This document shows positions 38,596 to 48,310 of a DNA stretch of 62,000 nucleotides, one piece after another. Source of the stretch: Acanthaster planci (taxonomy: Eukaryota); the NCBI RefSeq assembly GCF_001949145.1, contig NW_019091401.1:1612001-1674000 (forward strand). The letters run 5' to 3'. How positions within the stretch are numbered: position 1 is the stretch's first letter; every line of letters starts with the position of its first letter. Under the pieces are notes generated by a model. The model searched no databases. It saw nothing but the letters and a program-made list of their open reading frames with translations, and was not told the origin of the DNA. The translations under genes and the position numbers were made by a program.

Positions 38596-38787
38596 TTATT
38601 TTATTTTAAAAATTAAATAAAACGCAACAAACGTAAAACCCGCTACAAAAAACAGGTTTTCGTATTTTTCACTTTGGGTCTCTGAAACCATATCACCGAT
38701 GTGATCTATATCGGCGCGAATATCACCCAGCATCTGCTGAATCTCCGTTTGATCGGTTTGAATCTCGATTAATTTATCTTTAATTTC
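38596..38787 (-). CDS. C-terminus of viral coiled-coil protein with tail TM anchor (5' part in gap)
   Basis: EIKDKLIEIQTDQTEIQQMLGDIRADI...LFFVAGFTFVAFYLIFKIK*. Confidence 0.6.
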   Translation of the reverse strand, partial: EIKDKLIEIQTDQTEIQQMLGDIRADIDHIGDMVSETQSEKYENLFFVAGFTFVAFYLIFKIK

Positions 38788-40464
38788 NNNNNNNNNNNNN
38801 NNNNNNNNNNNNNNNNNNNNNNNNNNNNNNNNNNNNNNNNNNNNNNNNNNNNNNNNNNNNNNNNNNNNNNNNNNNNNNNNNNNNNNNNNNNNNNNNNNNN
38901 NNNNNNNNNNNNNNNNNNNNNNNNNNNNNNNNNNNNNNNNNNNNNNNNNNNNNNNNNNNNNNNNNNNNNNNNNNNNNNNNNNNNNNNNNNNNNNNNNNNN
39001 NNNNNNNNNNNNNNNNNNNNNNNNNNNNNNNNNNNNNNNNNNNNNNNNNNNNNNNNNNNNNNNNNNNNNNNNNNNNNNNNNNNNNNNNNNNNNNNNNNNN
39101 NNNNNNNNNNNNNNNNNNNNNNNNNNNNNNNNNNNNNNNNNNNNNNNNNNNNNNNNNNNNNNNNNNNNNNNNNNNNNNNNNNNNNNNNNNNNNNNNNNNN
39201 NNNNNNNNNNNNNNNNNNNNNNNNNNNNNNNNNNNNNNNNNNNNNNNNNNNNNNNNNNNNNNNNNNNNNNNNNNNNNNNNNNNNNNNNNNNNNNNNNNNN
39301 NNNNNNNNNNNNNNNNNNNNNNNNNNNNNNNNNNNNNNNNNNNNNNNNNNNNNNNNNNNNNNNNNNNNNNNNNNNNNNNNNNNNNNNNNNNNNNNNNNNN
39401 NNNNNNNNNNNNNNNNNNNNNNNNNNNNNNNNNNNNNNNNNNNNNNNNNNNNNNNNNNNNNNNNNNNNNNNNNNNNNNNNNNNNNNNNNNNNNNNNNNNN
39501 NNNNNNNNNNNNNNNNNNNNNNNNNNNNNNNNNNNNNNNNNNNNNNNNNNNNNNNNNNNNNNNNNNNNNNNNNNNNNNNNNNNNNNNNNNNNNNNNNNNN
39601 NNNNNNNNNNNNNNNNNNNNNNNNNNNNNNNNNNNNNNNNNNNNNNNNNNNNNNNNNNNNNNNNNNNNNNNNNNNNNNNNNNNNNNNNNNNNNNNNNNNN
39701 NNNNNNNNNNNNNNNNNNNNNNNNNNNNNNNNNNNNNNNNNNNNNNNNNNNNNNNNNNNNNNNNNNNNNNNNNNNNNNNNNNNNNNNNNNNNNNNNNNNN
39801 NNNNNNNNNNNNNNNNNNNNNNNNNNNNNNNNNNNNNNNNNNNNNNNNNNNNNNNNNNNNNNNNNNNNNNNNNNNNNNNNNNNNNNNNNNNNNNNNNNNN
39901 NNNNNNNNNNNNNNNNNNNNNNNNNNNNNNNNNNNNNNNNNNNNNNNNNNNNNNNNNNNNNNNNNNNNNNNNNNNNNNNNNNNNNNNNNNNNNNNNNNNN
40001 NNNNNNNNNNNNNNNNNNNNNNNNNNNNNNNNNNNNNNNNNNNNNNNNNNNNNNNNNNNNNNNNNNNNNNNNNNNNNNNNNNNNNNNNNNNNNNNNNNNN
40101 NNNNNNNNNNNNNNNNNNNNNNNNNNNNNNNNNNNNNNNNNNNNNNNNNNNNNNNNNNNNNNNNNNNNNNNNNNNNNNNNNNNNNNNNNNNNNNNNNNNN
40201 NNNNNNNNNNNNNNNNNNNNNNNNNNNNNNNNNNNNNNNNNNNNNNNNNNNNNNNNNNNNNNNNNNNNNNNNNNNNNNNNNNNNNNNNNNNNNNNNNNNN
40301 NNNNNNNNNNNNNNNNNNNNNNNNNNNNNNNNNNNNNNNNNNNNNNNNNNNNNNNNNNNNNNNNNNNNNNNNNNNNNNNNNNNNNNNNNNNNNNNNNNNN
40401 NNNNNNNNNNNNNNNNNNNNNNNNNNNNNNNNNNNNNNNNNNNNNNNNNNNNNNNNNNNNNNNN

Positions 40465-40621
40465 NCAGAATGTTATACCGCTTGACAAAATCTTCTAAAA
40501 ACGCCTTCTTAAATCGAGTAAAATATTTTAGTATTGGTCTGTGTAGAAGGTTGCTCATGTCTCTATTTATATATAGGTTTCCGAAATTTTTCTCGTTTTT
40601 TCTATCGACTTGACTTGACAT
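40465..40621 (-). CDS. N-terminus of first viral ORF at the right end (possibly pPolB; remainder in 1.7 kb gap)
   Basis: TATATAAAAAAC-ATG; MSSQVDRK...KKAFLEDFVKRYNIL stays open into the gap. The pPolB idea rests only on position and loose resemblance to pPolB N-terminal regions. Confidence 0.4.
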
Positions 40622-40699
40622 GTTTTTTATATATAGTCCATTTATTTAAGGTGGTTGTAAATATAGCGTGTTTTGCTTTGAACAGAGCTACGCTTTAAG

Positions 40700-41266
40700 T
40701 AGAGGTCACGAGTTCAGACTGGAAAAGCAAGGGGAAATCCCTTTTTGTTTGTGAGTGATTGCTGGTGCAGGTCGGTGCCAGTCACGAGTTCAGGTCGGGC
40801 AAGTCGAGACTTGTTTGTGAGTGATTGCCAGTCACGAGTTGTTTACAGCCGGGGTCAAAAGTTCAAGGTCAGTGAAGCAAGCGAAGCGAGCGGCGCTTGT
40901 CACGAGTTGTTTACAGCGAGCGAAGCGAAGCGACCAGAGGGAGCAGGCTCAAAAGGTGAGCGAGCGAAGCAACGAGCAAAGCGAGTATTACCAAAGCGAG
41001 CGGTGAGTGTGGTGGGTGAAAGGGGGTTTTGGCTCAGAATGTATATATTCACCCGGCACCTCACAGCCGGGCCTTTTTTGTCGATGTACTACCCAGGGGT
41101 TTTTGGTGGGCAAAAACCGGGGGTTCACGTAATTTATATTTTTTCCAATTTTTTCTCACCAAAAAGATTCCCACGATTTTTTGAGTCGATGTACTACCCA
41201 AGGGTTTTGAGCAAAAATGGGGTAAAAAGGGGGCGTGTGGTCCAGAACTGTCCCTCTCCTACTACT
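40700..41266. repeat. Right terminal non-coding region (putative TIR) with iterated motifs
   Basis: GTCACGAGTT x4 (40705, 40781, 40831, 40899); TTGTTTGTGAGTGATTGC x2 (40745, 40811); GCGAAGCGA-type repeats; TCGATGTACTACCCA x2 (41081, 41186); ends ACTACT. Confidence 0.7.
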
Positions 41267-42147
41267 GGTGGTGCCATTTTCAAAAACAAAAGCAGCACTT
41301 CTTGTGTTGGATTTCAAGGCACCCGACAGGCGCCCTGGTATAGGTTGTACCATACAAAACTGGTTCCCCGTTACACCTTAGGTGACAGACAAACAAGGAA
41401 CTGGTGAAATTAAATTTGAATAACATTAAAATGCATGTCACTGTATCATGCTCCACGTAAGCGCTGGGGCGTACTGTATACTAGCAAAGAGCGCGCAAAA
41501 CTTATTACTAAGCAATACTGTGACGACATGAATTACGCACCTACGGCACCTATCGGGTGCTTTGACTTCCAGCGTAAGAAGCGCTGCTTTCATTTTTCAA
41601 AATGGCACCGCCCACGGTCAGCATATAAATATCACAGGCCCAGTTTCAAGGTGTCATTCATCAGAAAATGAACGGTTTTGGAAAGCTTTAGGGTGCTCAT
41701 TATAAAAGGCCAAACTCTGTAAGTAAAATTGTCAGTCTCATTTCGAAAGATATTAGGATTCAAAGTTTGTGACAATCCTGCAGTTTGGATTTCAGGCATT
41801 AAAGACATGCCTAGAAGCTGAAGTGGGGCTGTGGTGGCAACAGATAAGCGACAGATTGTAAAAGAGGGGCTAATAGTAATAGTATTTAATACTGTGATCA
41901 GGGATAGGCCTACATGTAGTTACTGACAGTGATAGAGTTACCGCAATAATATGCTAATATCAGCCTATAACTTATTGGAACCGAGTAAAACTAGGCCTAG
42001 ATCTACATGTAGTTCTGCAACTACCAGAGTAGGCATAGGCCTACATGTACATCATGTGTGTAGTACATGATGTACGTCATAAAAATGTAACGCCGTCCAC
42101 ATGGCCCACGGCCCTGACGGCCTTCTTAACTAATCATCTGATCCTAC

Positions 42148-42237
42148 CTCAATTCCAGAGGTCGTCTGAAAAGCTGTGAAGACAAACATAAACGCAAATC
42201 CCAAAATGATCACATTATACATCATGATGTCAGCCAT
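42148..42237 (-). CDS. MFSD11: MFSD11 coding exon 1 (MADIMMYNVIILGFAFMFVFTAFQTTSGIE)
   Basis: ATG in AAAATGG context, donor gtagga; 90 nt, phase 0, joining ETVIES at 21370. Matches human FNIIILGVAFMFMFTAFQT. Confidence 0.93.
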
Positions 42238-42745
42238 TTTGCCTCAATTTTGGCCAAATTGAGGCAATTTGCGGAAACCAACACGTAGGCCTACGTACAG
42301 TACTACACTAGGCCGTCTTTGTTATGCCCCAACTATAGCATCAGTCCCAACTATAGTTGGGCCCGTCCCAACTGGAGCGCTACAGTTGGGCCGGCCAAAC
42401 TGCAACAGAGAGGTCCTGTATGCATGACGTGCCCAGCATGTGCCAAAGTCATATTGTTCACAAATGTCATGTCATAGGTTAGATGAACAGATGAAGTACC
42501 ACATTGTAGATGGTTTGTGTCAAGTGTGAGACACATTGATTTGGATGATGTTGAGACATTTCCCACAGACATCGGTCAACAATAGTTGGGCCAGCCCAAC
42601 TGCTGCACTACAGTTGGTTGGGACTGTCCCAACTGTAGTTGGGACTTATTCTACAAGTTATCTTCACTCTCTAGAAATTACGCCCACAGCTACACAAAGA
42701 CCGCCAGGTCCTATTCAAAACTTAACTACAGGGGTTTTCGTGATC

Positions 42746-42756
42746 TGCGCATGCGC
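42746..42756. promoter_or_regulatory. NRF1/P3A2-like site upstream of MFSD11
   Basis: TGCGCATGCGC, ~500 bp upstream of the MFSD11 ATG in the divergent intergenic region. Confidence 0.35.
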
Positions 42757-42928
42757 CCGACTAAAATCCAAACTATAGTATAGGGAATTTACGCACAGTT
42801 GAAGAATTCCAGCCTAAAATTCAATGAAGCCATTTTTGATTGTAAAAAAACTCTATTTACTTAATTTGGCCCATAGGAATTTAAAACAATGCAGTTGCAA
42901 CAGTTGAAAAGAACAGATAGCAGTACCG

Positions 42929-45459
42929 TATGGTGTACTATTTACGACAAACATTTCTCTCTCTCTCTTGCCTCCCTCCAGGCGACGCAGCCAGACGACG
43001 CGACCGCACGACGGCCCCTTTGCGTCGTGCCGTCGGGTCGCACTGTCGCCTTCTTGCCACTACTTTTGTACACACACGACGCGTCGCGCGTCGCGTCGTG
43101 CCGTCGCATCGTGCTGCCTTAGGTCCTTTCCATGTTGCATTTACTGCCGCCTAAACGTCGCCCCTTCCGTCGCCCGTCGCGTCGTACCGTCGCCCGTCGC
43201 GTCGTACCGTCGTGCGTCGCGTCGTATCGTTTATCGCGTCGCCTATTACGTTGACTGAAGCACGACACGACGCCCTTTGCTTCTTGGTGTTTATAGAGGG
43301 CGCCTTTACAGTTTTCTTTTATTTACGCCCCCGCACTGGCATAGTACGGTACAGTCCACTAATTAAAGCTCCATTGAAAAAAGTGTAGAATCGGCACTGT
43401 TCAGGGCCCAATAACATGGATACCAACTTTCTTGAGATTGCTGAAACACAAATGAAATTATTGTCTGGTACCTAATCTTTCGATTTTTTGTGGATTAACC
43501 AATTACATTTTTACTTATTCTCACTAAACAAAATCAGCCCCCGAAAAGTGATTTTTCCGAAGTCTGATTGCAGCCATTTTTCAAGTGGCAACCCTCAACC
43601 TTCTTGGGCACTTAGGACCATTTTTCAGCTGTAGTTTTTCAGCCATTCTGCTCTCAAAAAATAGCTCAAAGACGCAGGCAGTTGATCCCGGCAACGATTT
43701 ACACATTTTCACCATTTCAGGGGCCAAACAATCCCCTTTTTTCAGAGAAATGCTGGGCTGCTACTTTTAATGCTAATGAGCTGACCAGAAATCCTCACTT
43801 GAATAGTGAATTGCCTGCACCCAGTACATGGTATTCGCTCTTTGTACGCTGCCGCCATGGGCATGCAGAGCCTTGAACTGACAGCTTTTGAAATATTGTC
43901 CAATTGTAGAGTATAGATGGCAGAAGAACCAACGCAGCACCATGCTCAAAATTACTTACCAACATACACGGAAAAAGCTGCCAGATCGAGGCTCTGCGTG
44001 TCTATGGCGGTAGCGCACACAGAGCGAATAGGTAGCAGGTCTTGTTTCTGTTGTTCTTTTTAATGCATGCTTTCTAACTTTGTGTTTCCATTAAGAGTGA
44101 GTTGTGAAAGAACAGGTTTGTTTGTTTTTTTAATCAAATGTAATTAGAAAGAGCGTCACGACCAACTATCAACCTTATCTCCAGGAAATAAATAACATGA
44201 GCCACGACGTTGTTTTAACTTTTCCTGCTCTAATTTTGATCTTCCTAATTATTATAAATGTAATAGAATTAATTTTGTTGCCCTACTTTTTGAAATCCTA
44301 ACTCCCCCAGAATTAGGTCATACAATTTGTGCAGGTTGCTTGGCAGCGCGTGTGGGCAGTTGGTAGCAGAACTTGCAAGCAGCCACACGAGTCCTTGAGA
44401 AGGAGCTGATAACTTCCCTAGCTAGTGACCTTCCTGGCACACTTCACTTGACTACTGGACTGCACAGAGACAGTTTTGTTGTCTCTCTGTGATTTCTCCT
44501 TCCACCGAACCCGCCATACTTACAAATTCGTCCCTGTCCTGCTCTAGGCAAAAACATTACCAGTGTAAGCCTATTGAACCACACATGCATACGTTGCTGG
44601 ACAGGGGGTGGTCTGGACCAGAGCCACATGAATTCCGTTCCGAAACCTGACTTAGTCGAGGGGAAGGAAAGACTGTGCACTTGAACCCTAAACATGATAT
44701 AGCCCAACACATCTTCGCCATCCATTCAAGCTCTTTTACTGCAAGCCTGTCTACTGCAAACTCTACAGCTACTTGTGAAGTCAAGACAAGCCAAGTCGTC
44801 CCCAACTTCAGCAATAGATCGTCTTCAAGCTAGGCCCTTTATCTATTTTCACTGCTAATTCATAATTTTTCTGTTAAATAGAATCCCTGTTTTTTCTCAT
44901 TATTAAAAGATGCTTTCTCTAACGTGAGGGTATTTGTATTTTCGTAAACCGTGCGAAAACTTTTCACTACATTAGCCGGAAACGAATTAATTCTCACTGG
45001 TTGGCTGATAATAAAAGGCGTAAACTAGTAAACAAAGAAATAATGTTAGCAGGTGTCATGATTGTCATATTATGTCCGCTACAATATTTCTTAATCTATT
45101 TTAAGATACAATACATTAATCATTATAACGTGCTTGTTAATGTCAGATGCGGATCAGAGGAGAAATTATACATGTCTGTGGCCAAACAGACTTAAAAAAA
45201 AAAAGACACAGCCACAATGATAATAGCGTATGTATAATGTTTTATTCAGAAACATGGACTAATATCTTTGAAAGTGTGGTGCTGATGAAGGTAACGAGAA
45301 AGACTGGCCTGAAGGAAGACTACGACGGAATAATCTGAGGCTATTATAGAGCAGGCTCGGTGACAACTTCCTAAACCCGTGGTCAAACTTGCAGTCGTAC
45401 AATTATAGACAAATTGTCTGGGGAATTGGGAGTAGTACTTAGAAATTACCGGGATGGAC

Positions 45460-45491
<32 letters not shown>

Positions 45492-46132
45492 TACACACAT
45501 ATATACACATCTATATACACATCTATATATAATCTATAAGATTACAAATCTACCACAAGCGGGAACTGCATCAAAGGTATTAAAAAGAAATCATTGGCTG
45601 GGTTTAAAGAGTGACGAATTCTGGGCTTCCACTTATTATGAGAGAGCAGTTCCTACATATGCCGATTTTCTTTTTGTTCTTTTTTCTTTTCTTAATAAAA
45701 CATGACCAAAATTAACCCTAATCGAGGAATGGATGAGATAAAAACAAGAACAAATCAACACCAAAGAGTAAACAGCATGTACTTTGCAAGCACGGGGGAC
45801 AGAAATGAAAGAAAACAGTAAAAGCGCCCTCAATAAACACCACGAAGCAAAGGGCGACAGCACACGACGCGTCGCGTCGTGCGTCGTGTTATGCGTCGCG
45901 TCGTGCTTCAGGCGACGTAATAGGCGACGCGATGTACGACATGACGTACGACCCGACGCACGACGGTACGACGCGAGGCGTCGTGTGTGTACAAACGTAA
46001 TGGCAAGAAGGCGACGGTGCGACCCGACGGCACGACGAAAGGGAGCCGTCGTGCCGTCGCATCGTGTCGTTGCGTCGCCTGGAGGGAGGCAAAAGAGAGA
46101 AAGAAATGTTTGTCGTAAATAGTACACCATAC
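42929..46132. repeat. Inverted pair of ~400 bp CpG-rich (CGACG/CGTCG) repeats: 42929-43350 and ~45770-46132
   Basis: Both begin TATGGTGTACTATTTACGACAAACATTTCT on opposite strands; track ORFs 42930+ and 46130- are near-identical translations. Confidence 0.85.
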
Positions 46133-47165
46133 GAACCGGATAGAGTGCCGAAGGGAATGTGTTTCACGCACCCTTCTGTGTGTAAAAAGCATTAGCGAGA
46201 GTACCTGCGCGTGAACCAACTTGCGCGCGTACTCAATTCATTTGTACAGCATCTATTGGTTCTAAATGACGTCACATTTCGCATGACTGGCGATGTATGT
46301 GCAGCTAGCTGGAGCTCTAAGGTTGCACAGCATCAAATACCCGCCCATAGAAAACAGACTGCAAACCGGGCCGAAATAGCGCCGCCTGTTGACTCTCAGG
46401 AGGAGGTTGGACTCCAGTTTTTGACTGGAAATTCAAGATGATGGCAAGATGTTCACTTTCCGATTTTTTAGGCGCCTTTCCCCGAAGATACCCTGAAAAT
46501 AGTAGCAAAACTTTGCGCTCAGTTCTGAATGTAGCCACCCGCCTCTATCCAGGCCCACTGGTTGGGGCTTTTTGTGAAAGAAATACTCCGAATTTTAAAC
46601 TACTAGACCCCGCAAAATCGTGATTTATAGAAATATCTCTATGATCCCTCCTGATTATGGCATGTCTTATTGTAAAAACCCTGTGGGATCACACAATATT
46701 AATTACCTCGCGTGCAGAAACACAACTATTTGGTGGAATGCACCCTAAAGGGTACAAGCCCCATAGAAAACAGTGTAAAATCAGAACTTTATAGGTCCCA
46801 ATAACATGCATACCAAATCCCTGAAATTTCTGAAACACAAATTAAATTATTGTCTGGTCCCTAATCTTTTAATTTCTTTCATTTTTTGTGGGTTAACCAA
46901 TTACATGTATTAATTATTTCCACCAAACAAAATCACTTCCCCCAAAAAGTGCTTTTTCCGAAGTCTAATTGCAGCCATATTTTCAAGTGGCAATCCTCAA
47001 CTTTCTCGGACCATTTTCACCGTATGTTTTAGCCATTCTGCTCTCACATGAAAGCCCCAAAACCCAGGGAGTTGATCCTGGCAACGATTTACACAATCTC
47101 AACATTTTGGGGGCCAAACAATCTCCTTTTTCAAGTGATACTGCGAGGGCTCTTTTAATGCTTCA
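43368..47165 (+). repeat. Dispersed direct repeat, ~410 bp: 43368-43790 and ~46760-47165
   Basis: Shared CCCAATAACATG.ATACCAA...CTGAAACACAAAT.AAATTATTGTCTGG...GGCAACGATTTACACA...GGGGCCAAACAATC. Confidence 0.8.
45464..45491. repeat. (GA)n microsatellite
   Basis: Direct reading of the sequence. Confidence 0.95.
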
Positions 47166-48310
47166 TGACCTGACCTGGTCATTTGAATTAGTAGACTGCA
47201 CCCTAGCCCTAAAAGACCGAATTTGGTCGTAGACATGGACTACTACTACATGTACATGTACAATGTACATGTACATGTGCACGTAATGCGGTGAAAACAG
47301 CACCTTGCTCACAACAATGTCATACAAATGCAGCTGGTGGGAAACCCGGGATCCTTGAAAAGAGAAACACGTACAATTTTTGTTCACTCTGTGGCCAAGG
47401 TTAGTCTTTGTATCCTCCCTCAGTTTTGATCTGAATCTACACGAGCGTGTTCTGTTTCGAGAAATTTGAAGACACAACACGTTGGCCCTACCAGGTACCT
47501 TGTAAAGATGTATTCTTATGAGCCGCCGCGCCTTAGACCCTCGTGATGTTAATGCGATGATGGCCAGCTGGTAGTGGTTCCTCAAATTATTCCTCCATGC
47601 TCAAATCCGAGCATCAATGGGCCGGGAGTGAAGTCGCTGGCACGCGTTCAGGTGACCACGGAGGCCGTTTCTAGAGCGGCGTGCTCTGGAACGCCTTTGG
47701 GCATGGGAATGCTTGGGTGTTAGGGCAGTTGATGCCTTCTTAATACTCTGCAGCTTCTTTGTCGGTGTTTTCGAACACTTTGGCCTACATGTATAAGTTA
47801 CATTATGTATAAGTGCATAATGATAAATTAATCTGGCTTCCTAACATAAGGGTGCATTTTTATCAAGTGGTTGTATTTCTGCACAAGCTCATTAATATTG
47901 TGTGATCCCACAGGGTTTTTACAATAAGACATGCCATATTCAGCAAAGATCATAGAGATATTTCTATAAATCATGACTTTGGGATTAGTAGTTTGAAATT
48001 CACAGTGTTTCTTTCACAAAGAGCCTCAACCTGTGGCCAACAGTATTGAATTAGAGGCGGGCAGCTACATTTAGAGCTGAAAGCATAGTTTTACTGCTAT
48101 TTTGGGGGTATCTTCAGGGAAAGGCGAATGAAAAAATTTGTGTTGCCAACCCCAAAAGAATTGAAATGAAAAGTGAACTTCTGGCCATAATCTTGAATTT
48201 CCAGTGAAAAACCAGAGGCAAACCTCTTCCCAAGAATCAACAGGTGGCGCTGTTTTGGTTCAATTTTGCTCTGTTGTCTATGGGCACGTATTTGGTGCAG
48301 TGCAACTTAA
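46319..48310. mobile_element. Non-autonomous DNA transposon with ~400 bp TIRs
   Basis: 46319-46705 (AAGGTTGCAC...GTGGGATCACACAATATTAAT) is an imperfect inverted match of 47891-48310 (ATTAATATTGTGTGATCCCAC...GTGCAACTTAA). Confidence 0.8.

Larger units (their letters stand above)
26951..41266. mobile_element. Endogenous Polinton/Maverick-like dsDNA virus (~14.3 kb including ~5.2 kb N)
   Basis: Compact intronless ORFs with MCP, packaging ATPase and penton-like genes. Right terminus ...CTACTACT (41266). TSD GGTGG at 26946-26950 and 41267-41271. CpG-rich compared with flanks. The left terminus lies in a gap. Confidence 0.9.
26674..41871. mobile_element. Host MITE (~0.9 kb, long TIRs) split by the viral insertion: 26674-26950 plus 41267-41871
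   Basis: 26674-26950 is an imperfect reverse complement of 41608-41871. The left arm resumes at 41267 (GGTGGTGCCATTTTCAAAAAC...), matching the reverse complement of 41545-41612. Confidence 0.85.

Noticed and set aside
26838..40621. Long X-filled ORFs in the track (e.g. 873, 630, 613, 391 aa)
   Set aside because: Artefacts of translating through N gaps; only the flanking real segments were interpreted.
40745..41407. 220 aa ORF across the right terminus
   Set aside because: Built from terminal repeats, non-ATG start, and crosses the element/host junction.
26674..41871. Long inverted repeats flanking the viral block as the virus's own TIRs
   Set aside because: The left arm continues seamlessly after 41266 and the TSD lies inside it, so the repeats belong to a pre-existing MITE.
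43916..44031. Candidate first coding exon of POLG2
   Set aside because: The ATG frame ends in phase 1 rather than the required phase 2, and the phase-2 frame has an upstream stop with no ATG.
42889..46219. Arg-rich ORFs in the CGACG repeats
   Set aside because: Low-complexity repeat translations open in several frames on both strands.
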